Origin: an uncultured Candidatus Binatia bacterium
Lineage (GTDB): Bacteria > Desulfobacterota > Binatia > Bin18
Direction of reading: 5' to 3'
Assembly: GCA_965214605.1 (NCBI GenBank)
Contig: OZ243961.1
Location: 2,304,001-2,368,000, forward strand
Length of the DNA stretch: 64,000 nt
The notes beneath the pieces were generated by a model, which was given only the letters and a program-made list of their open reading frames with translations, had not been told where the DNA came from and did no database searches. Below are positions 17,898 through 27,839 of the stretch, in pieces; the first letter of the stretch is position 1; the number at the start of each line of letters is the position of its first letter. The translations under genes and the position numbers were made by a program.

Positions 17898-18239
17898 ATG
17901 GCAGCAGGGGTCGCGAGTTTGCAGAAACAGGCCGCCCGAGTCCTGGCAAGCTTAGAAAAAGAGATTGCGAAAAAAGAGAAGGAAATAGCCGCTCTGCGGG
18001 AAGAGGCCGATCTCTGCGTGCTCATCTTGGGAAAGCAAACTCCTAAAGCTTCAGCCAAAGGCGCGCCTCGGAAACGGATCGATTGGGCAGCAGTTCTCAA
18101 CGGCTTACCAGATCAGTTTAGCACCAAAGATGTGATTGCAAAGGTCGATAAGTCCGCGGCCGCGGTCTACACGCAGCTGTACCAGATGGCAAAGACGGGC
18201 CGGCTGAAGCGGACCAAGGACGGATACGAGAAGGTGTAG
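17898..18239 (+). CDS. Small basic protein with an N-terminal coiled coil and a possible C-terminal winged-helix-like domain
   Basis: LASLEKEIAKKEKEIAALREE heptad pattern; C-terminal FSTKDV...LYQMAKTGRLKRTKDGY; GGAG RBS. Confidence 0.55.
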   Translation: MAAGVASLQKQAARVLASLEKEIAKKEKEIAALREEADLCVLILGKQTPKASAKGAPRKRIDWAAVLNGLPDQFSTKDVIAKVDKSAAAVYTQLYQMAKTGRLKRTKDGYEKV

Positions 18240-18699
18240 AGGAGCCTTCATCCCGATGCTGACAACAGCGCTGTCAGACGCATGAGTAGGTATCGTATAG
18301 TTCTCTGGTTGAAGTTGAAGTTGCTGTCGTCTCTGGTCTCGTTCATGTATGAGTTTTCCGCACAGGAAATTCCGATCACCCTTGTCCCGGCCGATACTCA
18401 GGAAAGAAGGCATGGGCGATACTCCCCCTATTGCACGCGGCCTCCTCACCGTCGCCGGCTCCTTGATCAACCGCAGTGCCGCCTGCCCAGAGAATTGTCC
18501 CTGGACGGCTAGGTGGGGCAGGTTCGGGAGATTGTGCCCTTCGCGCTAGTGGCCAAGGAGAGCGTCCTCAAGGGAGGATTCGTTCCGCAAGAGAATCCGG
18601 CTGAGGTGATGTGGTAGTGAGTGAGAACGTCACGGTGTTCGGCAGACCAAGCCTTGGGGACGCGTCTGTGTTACGCAAGCACCAGGACGACCCCGTTCC

Positions 18700-19500
18700 G
18701 GAATCGGTCAATCGCCAGGGAGACTTTGTCCTCCCCTCCGGCGATAAGACCGATTGTTCCAATGCCGGTATGCTGGCTCGACGCCCGCCGACGATCCTGC
18801 CCGATAGGACTCTGGCCGAGACCCCCATCAAAATCCAGCGTGCTGCCAGTCGCACGAACGGCAACGCTCTGCATGCAACACGCCCCCTTCGCTGGCCAGC
18901 CTACAGGATTGCCGGTGCCCCGACGGGGGGACGTGCGATTCCTAAACCGGGTGAGGGCTCACTGGCCTGGCCCGGGGTGCTCTTTCTCGATGCCCTCCCG
19001 GGATTTCGCAAAAAGGGTTTGGCAGTTTTCCACTCCCTCCTAGAAGACACACGGGCGACAATCGCGCGGCCGCTGGACTCGGTTTCCTCCCCGACACACA
19101 TTCTGTTGGTGGCCGATATCCTCCACCTTCGACCCTATCGGGCCAGGGCGTTCAGGCCGCTGCGAGATCGTGTGGACATGCAGGCCGAGGGCCCGGCCGT
19201 GCAATATAGAGAGCCGAGCCGAGGGAGGACGGCTGAAAACCCGACAACGTTCCGAGTGCGGGCGAACTGTGTCCGACAGGTCAAGCTCACGCGCTTCTCC
19301 GGGCGACGGGTGTTCTGCAAGGCGCCCGTGACGAGGCGGAACCTCCGGCGGTTTTGCCAACCCGGTGAGAGCGGTGGTGCAAAGCTCCTAGAGAATGCCA
19401 TGGCCCGGCTTGGACTGAGCCCCCAGGCATCTCCTCAGATTCTGAAAGTCGCCCGCACCCTTCCGACGGGCGAGGAACACCTTGACGGAGCGCGCCTAGG
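18700..19500 (+). pseudogene. comM: Degenerate ComM/YifB Mg-chelatase-like AAA+ ATPase remnant
   Basis: Eroded motifs: MLARRPPTILP, PKPGEGSLAWPGVLFLDALPGF (vs PGEVSLAHxGVLFLDELPEF), PLRDRVD and ILKVART. Walker A and the Walker B Glu are lost. Confidence 0.75.
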
Positions 19501-20303
19501 TGCAAACGATTCAGGAGCGTGCGCATGATGGGCAGGAAGGGCGCGGTTTACCGTCCCCGGTTCCGTATGGATGGAGCATCGTGCTGATTAACATTGATAA
19601 CGTCAAACGCCGACAGCTAGAGATTAAGACCGAGGTGGCCGCCCTGCGCGCCCACCTGCGCGTGTCTGAAGCACCAGACCAGCGCACCAGATTGGAAGAG
19701 CTGAAGGCCCTGGCCGATTTTCTGCGTACGCTCTCCCTGGTTCACGCCCGGCTTGATCGGGGAGAGCCGAAGAATCTGGCCGAAATAGCCGAGTATCGTC
19801 CTCCGGATAGCGAGCGGCTGTATATCTTTTCTGGCGATCCACGCCCCTTTCTGTCATGGCGAGCCCTCCTTGAAGTCTGTCTGGTTGCCGGTCCGAGTGC
19901 GGAGGGCAAACTGCCCGCGCTGTACTATCTCTACCACGCCCCCCAAGGCGCGTTGGCCGTCATGGCCGGTGTCCGCTCCCTGCCGCGCGATTACCTCGTG
20001 GCGGAAGAGGCCGGGTCGGCCGCTTCGCCGTTTTCAGCCAGGGATTTACTCAGCACCTTTTGTGTGTATCCGCAACGGGTCGGCAGCAACGCGTTTGTGT
20101 TTCGCAGTTTTCCTATCTGGCTGCCCGAGCAATTATCGGCCGAGCGTCTAGAGGAGGCTGTGTTTCAGTTTTTCCGGGAGAATTTTTCTGATACCCGGCC
20201 TGCTCTGCTGTGGGATCATCCCAATTTTCACCGCGTCGCTGAACTCATGCGGATGGGATGGTGGAAGAGGCTGAACGGGAAAGCCTCCATCGAAAACACA
20301 TAA
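19500..20303 (+). CDS. Hypothetical protein (start uncertain)
   Basis: 267-codon ORF ending just before a terminator hairpin; no family recognised. Confidence 0.5.
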   Translation: MQTIQERAHDGQEGRGLPSPVPYGWSIVLINIDNVKRRQLEIKTEVAALRAHLRVSEAPDQRTRLEELKALADFLRTLSLVHARLDRGEPKNLAEIAEYRPPDSERLYIFSGDPRPFLSWRALLEVCLVAGPSAEGKLPALYYLYHAPQGALAVMAGVRSLPRDYLVAEEAGSAASPFSARDLLSTFCVYPQRVGSNAFVFRSFPIWLPEQLSAERLEEAVFQFFRENFSDTRPALLWDHPNFHRVAELMRMGWWKRLNGKASIENT

Positions 20304-20339
20304 AAAGGCCGCAGCCTATAGAGAGAGGGCTGCGGCCTT
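20302..20339 (-). terminator. Intrinsic terminator between convergent genes
   Basis: 12-bp stem AAGGCCGCAGCC / GGCTGCGGCCTT; A-run at 20302-20306 gives a U-tail on the minus strand. Confidence 0.75.
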
Positions 20340-20359
20340 GGTGTCTTTGCGAACTGTCC

Positions 20360-21655
20360 CTAGGCGGCCTTGAGGTCAGGGACGACGGGGTCGCGTTTGC
20401 CGGAGGCCGGCAGCGGACGGGTGCCGGGCATCTGTTCAAACGGACCGGGCAGGTCGAACTCTTTGGCCATCTCACGCATGGCCGGCAGGACTTCCTCGCC
20501 CAGCAGCCGGAGACAGGTCTTGCGCTCCTCAAAGGTCATCGGGCCGTGGTGGTACCAGACGCCGAAGATGCCCGGCCGCAGCTGTTCGAGCATTGTGCGG
20601 AGTCTGGCAATAACGGTCTTGGGCGTTCCGGCGATGATCAGGCCGGCTTCTTTGGCATTCTTGTAATTCTCGCCAATGCTGTCCAAGACTTCCTGAACGT
20701 TGACGTTCCCCTCCGTCTGCCGAATGATTTCGGTCCCGGTCCGGGGATCGACTAGAGCCTGGGCTAAACGCTTGGTCGCCGCTTTCGAGTTGTAGCCCGG
20801 AGGGAACATCCACTCGGGCCGGGCAAATGAGCCAAACCCGCCGCCAAACACAAAGCCGCGTCCCAAGCGTTCGGCTTCTTCCTCTGTCTCGGCCACAACC
20901 ACGTTCTGGAGATACCCGAAGTTCTCTGGACCGGCCTGGTAGCCCTGCTGCTCGGCCACGTCGGCGTACAGATTGACCATCTCAATCGTCGGTTCCAGAT
21001 TGGTGCCCAGCGCAACGTAGGGATAACGATGTTGGGCCGACCACACCACGGTTTCGGGACTGACCAAGCCGGGGATCCACTGTTGGGGCACCGGCTTTTG
21101 GATCGGCAGCTGCCAGGGGTTGACAAAGCGATAGTGGAAGTGCTTGCCCTCGTAGCGCCACGGGCCGGGTTTGGTCCAGGCCTGATTGATGAAGTCGTGG
21201 GCTTCGTTAAAGCGCTCACGGTTGTAGGCCGGGTTGATGTTGTTGGCGATCTGCTCGCTCCCCGCCCCGCGCACCCAACCGGGCACTAAACGCCCGCCCG
21301 AGATCATGTCGATGGTGGCCAACTCTTCGGCCAAACGCAGAGGGTCGCCCACGGGCAAGGGGTTGCCGAGTAGGACGATTTTGACCCGCTTGGTGATGCG
21401 GGCCAGAATTGCGGCTTCGACGTCCATCACACCACCGCCGCAAAAGGGCGTTTGGTGGTGTTCGTTGAGCATCACCCCATCAAAACCGAGTTCTTCGGCG
21501 TAGATCCGCTCATCAAGATATTCGTTCATGAGCTGACCGCCGCGTTCGGCATCGAAAACTGTGTTCGGGATACCAAAATAGCTCGGGCCGTTTTTGATGA
21601 TGTCTTCTTCCGGGACATCGACATACTCCCGTTCCGAGAAGGACATAATATGCAT
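20360..21655 (-). CDS. LLM class flavin-dependent oxidoreductase
   Basis: AEELGFDGVMLNEHH, PLRLAEELATIDMISGGRL and PIQKP motifs. Confidence 0.92.
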   Translation of the reverse strand: MHIMSFSEREYVDVPEEDIIKNGPSYFGIPNTVFDAERGGQLMNEYLDERIYAEELGFDGVMLNEHHQTPFCGGGVMDVEAAILARITKRVKIVLLGNPLPVGDPLRLAEELATIDMISGGRLVPGWVRGAGSEQIANNINPAYNRERFNEAHDFINQAWTKPGPWRYEGKHFHYRFVNPWQLPIQKPVPQQWIPGLVSPETVVWSAQHRYPYVALGTNLEPTIEMVNLYADVAEQQGYQAGPENFGYLQNVVVAETEEEAERLGRGFVFGGGFGSFARPEWMFPPGYNSKAATKRLAQALVDPRTGTEIIRQTEGNVNVQEVLDSIGENYKNAKEAGLIIAGTPKTVIARLRTMLEQLRPGIFGVWYHHGPMTFEERKTCLRLLGEEVLPAMREMAKEFDLPGPFEQMPGTRPLPASGKRDPVVPDLKAA

Positions 21656-22031
21656 ACCACTTCCTCCTTTGCTGTCTGGAATGGCTCTTCCTTAGCACCA
21701 AATGGACGGCAATGATAGGCGTGGCTGGTACAGAGCTCCGATCTTTTCGGATCTCAGGCCGGGTGCGCAGCAATTTCCCGGCGAGATAAGGCTAGACGGC
21801 GCCCCCACCGCCCCAGGGGGCAGAGAGGCGGAGCACCGTTCATAGAGCCGGGCAACCGGAAAAGTCGGATCGAGACATCTCGTCGCAGAAGGGCTGCCCC
21901 TGGTGGTGCTCCAGCGGGGAGGGCAAGGAGGGGAGCCGTTTGCGGTGATTCCGGGAACAGCGACATATTCCCGCGCCGAGCAGGACCTCCTTAGGAGGTA
22001 TAATCGCTGCCTGCTTTGCGGTGTGGAGCCC

Positions 22032-22691
22032 TCATTGGACCGTAAACCGCTCCTGCATCCGCTCCCACCAGGCGTGGAGACCGGCTGCATGGTCAAACAG
22101 CGGCTCGTCGCTGACTCTGGTCACGAAGGTGAAGGTTCCGAACAGACAGATATCGGCATAGCTGAAGGCGCCGAAAAAATACGCCTGACCGGCCAGCGTG
22201 GCGTTCAGATCGGCCAAGACTTTTTGCAGTTGAGGGCGGAACTCGTCCCGTCTGGCCGCGATGTCTTCAAGCCGCGCGCCAAAGCGCGGCTCCCGCGACT
22301 GGCGGAAGTAGTGGCGGTCGCCCGGCTCAATTTTGGCAAAGATATCGTTGACAACAACCGGGAGCAGGGCCGGGTGAACGGTATTGTCCACGTACAGATT
22401 AAAAAAGCGGCAGGCTTCCTTGTGTCCCAGAGCGGGAAAAATCTTGGGCTCGGCCTGCCGTTCCTCAAGATCACACGCAATCGTCCATGAGTCGGACACG
22501 ACCGTGCCGTCGTCGTGCTTGATGACCGGGACGCGGTCTTGGCCGGAGAAGGCAAGCTTTTGCTTTTCCGTAAAACGCACCGTCTGGGTTGTGTAGGGGA
22601 GGTTTTTGTAGCCTAAGACGGCCTTGGTCCGCGTACAAAACGGACTAAAGCGCAGATCGTTCGCACCAACGAGATCGTACAGTTCAATCAT
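22032..22691 (-). CDS. Glutathione S-transferase family protein (beta-etherase-like N-terminus)
   Basis: ELYDL...FSPFC, RVPVI, VSDSWTIA and FSYADI motifs. Confidence 0.88.
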   Translation of the reverse strand: MIELYDLVGANDLRFSPFCTRTKAVLGYKNLPYTTQTVRFTEKQKLAFSGQDRVPVIKHDDGTVVSDSWTIACDLEERQAEPKIFPALGHKEACRFFNLYVDNTVHPALLPVVVNDIFAKIEPGDRHYFRQSREPRFGARLEDIAARRDEFRPQLQKVLADLNATLAGQAYFFGAFSYADICLFGTFTFVTRVSDEPLFDHAAGLHAWWERMQERFTVQ

Positions 22692-22804
22692 GGTCGGCTC
22701 CCTCCGCGGTCATACCTACACGGCCTTTCCCATAGCTCTTATTTTTTGTCAAGCCGTCTGCTAGGTATGGAACAGTACCCCTAGGGTGACAAGGAGGAGA
22801 GACG

Positions 22805-23479
22805 ATGTGTGGCCGCTACGCCTTGACGTCAGACGCAGAACGCCTTGAGGAACGCTTTGGGTGTTCCCTGTCCGGCGTCTCCTACTCTCCCCGCTATAAC
22901 ATCGCCCCTAGCCAGTCGGTTTTGGCCCTGATCAACGCGGCCGACAATACCGAACGGCGGGCGGGCTTTTTGCGCTGGGGGCTGATTCCGCCGTGGGCCA
23001 AAGACCCATCGGTCGGGGCCAAGATGATCAATGCTCGGTCTGAGACGGTGACGGAAAAGCCCAGCTTTAAGCACGCCTTGCGCAGGCGTCGGTGTTTGAT
23101 TGTCGCGGACGGATTTTACGAGTGGAAAAAAGACGGCTCGACCAAGACCCCGCTGTATATCAGCCTGCGCTCGGGCGAGCCGTTTGCCTTTGCCGGGTTG
23201 TGGGAAAAATGGGCCGCCGAGTCCGGCGAAGCGATCTATTCGTGTACGATTCTTACCACCAGCCCTAACGCGCTGACGGCGCCTATTCACCACCGCATGC
23301 CGGTGATCTTACCGTCTGAGGCCGAGACGCTGTGGTTGGACCGGACCGTTCAGGAGCCCGACTCGGTGCTTCCCCTGCTTACGTCCTATCCAGCCGAGGC
23401 AATGAGAGCCTTCGCCGTGTCGGCGTTTGTCAACTCTCCCCGCAACGAGAGCCCCGAGTGCCTGAGGCCGCTGGACTAA
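22805..23479 (+). CDS. SOS response-associated peptidase (SRAP/YedK/HMCES family)
   Basis: MCGRY, RYNIAPSQ, WGLIP, INARSET, RRCLIVADGFYEW and IHHRMPVIL motifs. Confidence 0.95.
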   Translation: MCGRYALTSDAERLEERFGCSLSGVSYSPRYNIAPSQSVLALINAADNTERRAGFLRWGLIPPWAKDPSVGAKMINARSETVTEKPSFKHALRRRRCLIVADGFYEWKKDGSTKTPLYISLRSGEPFAFAGLWEKWAAESGEAIYSCTILTTSPNALTAPIHHRMPVILPSEAETLWLDRTVQEPDSVLPLLTSYPAEAMRAFAVSAFVNSPRNESPECLRPLD

Positions 23480-23496
23480 ATCCTCTCTCTCAGGGT

Positions 23497-24291
23497 TCAT
23501 GTCCCAAATTCAGGCGGGCGTTTTTCCAAAAACGCCCGCATCCCCTCTCGGGCATCGGCGGACAGAAAAAGTTCGGCCTGGCTGTCATGCTCATAGCTGA
23601 GGATTGCCTCTAGGTCGGCGTCGGCTCCAAGGTACACTCCGCGTTTGATATACGCCAGGGTCTGGGGCGGCCCGGCGGCCACCCGCCGGGCAAAATCGAG
23701 GGCGTCGGTCCGAAAACTCTCGTACGGATAGATCCGATTTAGCAAACCTAGCCGAAGGGCCTCGGCGGCATCAATCCGCTCGCCGATCATCATCAACTCC
23801 AGGGCTTTGGCCGTTCCAACCAGGCGGGGTAATGACGAGAAACCCGCCCAGTCCGGGACGAGCCCGATTTTGACAAAGCTCTCGGCAAAGCGGGCGGTGT
23901 CGGAGCCTAAACGGAGGTCGCAGCCCAGAGCGAGATTCATCCCCGCCCCGGCAGCCGCGCCGTTCACCGCCGCAATGACCGGCTTGGCCATGCGGCGGAT
24001 GAGCCGTATGATCTTGCCGCCAACACCCATCCGTTCTTTGATCACGGCGTCGTTGTCGTCGGCTTGGAGTTTGGCCATACTAGCGATATCACCTCCGGCG
24101 CAGAAGGCTCGGCCCGCGCCGGTAAGCATCACGCACCGCACCGCACTGTCGTCGGCCGCCCGTTCCAGCGTGGCTAAGAGTTCCTCGCGCATCGTCCCCT
24201 CAAAGGCGTTCAACACCTCCGGGCGATTGAGGGTAATAAGTGCAACGCGCTCCGACACGTGAGTCACAATTCGGTTTGTCGCCATACGCAT
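23497..24291 (-). CDS. Enoyl-CoA hydratase/isomerase (PaaG-like)
   Basis: ITLNRPEVLNA, GRAFCAGGD, KPVIAAVNGAAAGAG and GLVPD motifs. Confidence 0.93.
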   Translation of the reverse strand: MRMATNRIVTHVSERVALITLNRPEVLNAFEGTMREELLATLERAADDSAVRCVMLTGAGRAFCAGGDIASMAKLQADDNDAVIKERMGVGGKIIRLIRRMAKPVIAAVNGAAAGAGMNLALGCDLRLGSDTARFAESFVKIGLVPDWAGFSSLPRLVGTAKALELMMIGERIDAAEALRLGLLNRIYPYESFRTDALDFARRVAAGPPQTLAYIKRGVYLGADADLEAILSYEHDSQAELFLSADAREGMRAFLEKRPPEFGT

Positions 24292-25594
24292 CTCTCCTTA
24301 ACATAAATCTCATTTTTTGCTCGGCGGATTGAGCAATGCTGTGCTATCTCTTACGGTGTGGGTGTCAAGCCCTTCCGTAAACCGTCCGGCCACCTCGGCC
24401 ACTTTCGTTCTGCCGCTTCTTGCCCTCTCTGAGCCAGAGATGATCCAGGGTATGGCTCGTCATGCCAACGCCACTGCCCGTAGCGCGACAGGCAGCCGGA
24501 CGTGTCGACCTCCGGCACGCTTCGGCAGGCCTGTCCTCTGATCCGTTCTGCTCCAGCTTGCTGATATGTTGGAGGAATGTCACCCGATCTAACTCTCACC
24601 CTTCCTCGCCCCTCTGTCTAGCGAGCTCTCGGGCTTGAGCGAGTCGCGGGGCTGCCTCTCCTTCTTTTGCATGGCAGACCAAGAGAGGAGGGGCCCAAGG
24701 CATAGAGCAACGCATTGCCGGCTCTGAGCACGTCTTTCCTCTGTGAGACGGACAAAGCCATTTTTAATCGAAAGAGTCTTCCCCACATCCTTATTCACAC
24801 AAGCAAGCGTATCCTCAAAGAGCCGCTGGAAGTTCTGGAGGAGGTTCAAATTTCCGGCGCTTTCTCTGGTGTCCCTCTTTTGCTAGACGGTTTCGGCGCG
24901 GGGGCAAGTCCCCTCATCGACCCGCCCATTCACTTCACCATCTCTGCGTCCTCATCTGCTGTTCGTGGTGCATAGGGCGCAGAGGTCTCCGCTCATCTGC
25001 TTGGCGCCTCTCAGTACAGAAGCAGGACAACGAGAACAGGGCCGACTTGGAGCGGGCCAGGGCTTGTGGACGGTTTCTGACAGATAGCCCAGACTTTAAT
25101 GGCGTAAAAGACCTGCTAGTCCCGGAGGTTGAAGAGGCAACCGCCGGAGCAGGCCGGCCCGCCCCCTTCAGTGGGAGCGGTGGACTTTTTGCTATTGATG
25201 GCCCGGGGCCGGTGCGGTTTTTTGAGGGCGCGTTGCCACCGGAGGACTGAGACCTCAGGACATTGTCCCCGACCTCTTCGTTGGCTCTTCCCTAAAGACA
25301 GTGGCGCCACCCCCTCCGAGGGAGCGGCGTTGGCCTTCAGTGGAGCGGATGGATCGCGGTCAGGTGTGATGACACGCTGGAGTTTCTCGTTGGCACCCCG
25401 TAGAGATGGTCTTCTCTACGGGGCGAAGTCTCGGAACGAAGGGCCGGCCCTTGGCCACTTTTGATAATCCTCATCCGCATCAAGGGGCACGCTCCGGCGC
25501 TTGTATATGATGGGGATTTGCCCCCGAGCAAAACACAACGGGCTCAAAAAATTATCTTGAGGCCAAAAGGGGATCCTCTTGCCGCACGGCGGTG

Positions 25595-26962
25595 TCAGGC
25601 AGGGAGACAGGCGGCCAGGTGAATCAGGGCTCGGACCGCTGTTGCGTCCCGCGTTTCTAAGGTCTCAACAGCCTGGATACAGCGCTCGGTCTCTTCTTGA
25701 TTCAGCCGGGTCTGCAGGCAGGTGCGCACCTTAAGGAGGTGGTCCTCGCGTTCCAGCGGCGGCAGACCCCAACAGCCTTGAGGACCAGTGCAGCGGGCGT
25801 GTAGGCGGCTGCCGTCCTTGAGGGTCAGCCTGGTCTCAACCCACATCTTTTCCAACTGGCCGGGAATGGTGTCTGATTGTACAAGGCTGATTTTGGGCAG
25901 CAGCGTCTGCATGTCAGACCCGAACCGGCGTTCATCCGAAAAGGAGTCGATCGTGACCGCTCCGTCCAACAGCGCCGTGGCCAGCGTGTATTGAAAGCTA
26001 AATTTGCCGTCCAGGCCGCTCTGTGGAGCGGGCCGGTCGACATACGGCATGACCGGGGTGGTGAGCTCGACGGACGCAATGGCGGCGGGGGTGTCGAGCT
26101 GGCGATGCAGCTCCAGCCCGGTGCTAATCGCAAAATGGGTCGCGTACTGGCTGGGAAACAGTTTGATGACAAAGCCCGGATCGACCAGGCGATACGGATG
26201 ACCAAAGTCTAACAGTTTTTCCGTATCAAAGCCCTCAGCAAAGAAAACCTCGATATAGCCATTGGGTGCCTCGAAAATCTCGGTATTGGCGCTAAAGCCA
26301 CGCCGAGCCAACAGGGCGGCGTCGAGCCCGGCGGCCGCTGCCCAGCCGCAGTGGGTGGCCTTGGTCATAGTGCCAACGTTGGCCATGATTCCACCCGCCC
26401 GAGAGGCAGCCGTGCCCAGGGCGTGGCCGAGCTGGCGTTGATCGAGTCCCAGGACATGGGCGGCGGCCACGGCTGAACCCATGACACCCACAACTCCCGG
26501 TGGATGGTACTTGAGCTGGGCCGGGGTGTGTTGGTGTGAGGCCAGACGAATGCGCCCTTGGATTTCGCAGCCTTTGGCAAAGGCGGCAATCAGAGTGCGT
26601 CCGTCCGCCCGCTCGGTTTCGGCCAGGGCTAAGATAGTCGGCAGGGTCGGGGAAGTGGCGTGGGTGGGCGGACTCCACATTGGCTCGTAGTCGAGCACGT
26701 GCATAGCCGTACCGTTGACGGACGCGGCTGACACCGGAGAGGTTTTGAAACCCGCTCCGAGGACGCTTGAAACCGGCCTCCCGCCCAGGCTCTTCGCATG
26801 CGCCGCCGCAATCCGTGGCCCGTCCTCTAGTGAGCCGGCCACGGCCACCGCAATCCCGTCCAGCATAATCCGCTTAGCGACCGTCACGACCGCCGCCGGC
26901 AGGTTCTCAAAGTGGGTCTGAGTCAGGATGTGACACAGGTGTTGAGTGACAGGCGTTCCCAC
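25595..26962 (-). CDS. MmgE/PrpD family protein
   Basis: NGTAMHVLDYE...HAT, TMTKATHCG and GKFSFQY motifs; GTG start just after the upstream stop. Confidence 0.9.
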   Translation of the reverse strand: MGTPVTQHLCHILTQTHFENLPAAVVTVAKRIMLDGIAVAVAGSLEDGPRIAAAHAKSLGGRPVSSVLGAGFKTSPVSAASVNGTAMHVLDYEPMWSPPTHATSPTLPTILALAETERADGRTLIAAFAKGCEIQGRIRLASHQHTPAQLKYHPPGVVGVMGSAVAAAHVLGLDQRQLGHALGTAASRAGGIMANVGTMTKATHCGWAAAAGLDAALLARRGFSANTEIFEAPNGYIEVFFAEGFDTEKLLDFGHPYRLVDPGFVIKLFPSQYATHFAISTGLELHRQLDTPAAIASVELTTPVMPYVDRPAPQSGLDGKFSFQYTLATALLDGAVTIDSFSDERRFGSDMQTLLPKISLVQSDTIPGQLEKMWVETRLTLKDGSRLHARCTGPQGCWGLPPLEREDHLLKVRTCLQTRLNQEETERCIQAVETLETRDATAVRALIHLAACLPA

Positions 26963-26973
26963 GCGTTGCCTTT

Positions 26974-27837
26974 TTAGAGAAACCGTTTTTGCAGCGTCTC
27001 GACTTCGGGCGTGCCGATAATGTGTTCGCGTTCGGCAAACGATACCATTTCGTCGACGAGAGCGGCGGTAGTGCCGTCTTGGCGAATGGCCGCGGCCGCG
27101 CGCTGCATAGCGTGAATGGCGGCCCGCTGCAAATCTGAGGGGACGATCATGATCCGGTAGCCCAAGGTGGCGAGTCGCTCGGCCGCTACCAGCGGCGTTT
27201 TCCCGCCCCAAAACATATTGATCAGCAGTGGAGTCTGAACGGCCTGGGCAATGCGTTCAATCTCTTCGAGTGACTGTGGGGCCTCGACAAAGACCATGTC
27301 CGCTCCGGCCTCGGCATAGGCCCTCCCCCGTTCGACCGCCGCCTCAAGGCCACTGACGGCTCTTGCGTCAGTGCGGGCAATAATGAGCAGGTGTTCACGG
27401 GCCTCAAGTGCGGCTCGAATTTTTTGGCACATCTCGTGAGTGCCGATAATCTCCTTGCCCTCGTAGTGACCGCAGCGCTTGGGTTCGACCTGATCTTCGA
27501 TATGGGCGGCGGCAGCACCGGCCTGTTCACAGGCGCGGACGGTCCGCACGACGTTGACCGCGTTGCCGTAGCCGGTATCGGCGTCCATGATGAGCGGCAG
27601 TCGGGTCACCGCGCGAATCTCTTCCAGCCGCTTGAGCATTTCGGTCTGGGTCACCAGGCCTAGGTCAGGATAGCCCATGCTGCGCGAGATCGCCCCGCCG
27701 CTGATGTACAAGGCTTCAAATCCCGCGGCCTCGGCAATCCGCGCCGACAGGCCGTCGTAGACACCGGGAGCGGTGAGGAGGGCGCCGCGGTTGAGGAGGG
27801 CTCGGAGCTGGTTTGGACCTTGGGTGGCTTGGAGCAT
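26974..27837 (-). CDS. Isocitrate lyase/PEP mutase family lyase (PrpB/2,3-dimethylmalate lyase-like)
   Basis: PGVYDGLSAR, DADTGYG, IEDQVEPKRCGH and IARTDA motifs. Confidence 0.92.
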   Translation of the reverse strand: MLQATQGPNQLRALLNRGALLTAPGVYDGLSARIAEAAGFEALYISGGAISRSMGYPDLGLVTQTEMLKRLEEIRAVTRLPLIMDADTGYGNAVNVVRTVRACEQAGAAAAHIEDQVEPKRCGHYEGKEIIGTHEMCQKIRAALEAREHLLIIARTDARAVSGLEAAVERGRAYAEAGADMVFVEAPQSLEEIERIAQAVQTPLLINMFWGGKTPLVAAERLATLGYRIMIVPSDLQRAAIHAMQRAAAAIRQDGTTAALVDEMVSFAEREHIIGTPEVETLQKRFL

Positions 27838-27839
27838 GT

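Noticed and set aside
24300-25590. 1.3-kb stretch with only short ORFs and an 11-bp hairpin CCCCGTAGAGA/TCTCTACGGGG (25396-25423)
   Set aside because: Probably a decayed gene. The hairpin is single, lacks the ATAGACC handle and a partner repeat, so it was not called as a CRISPR-like element or ncRNA.
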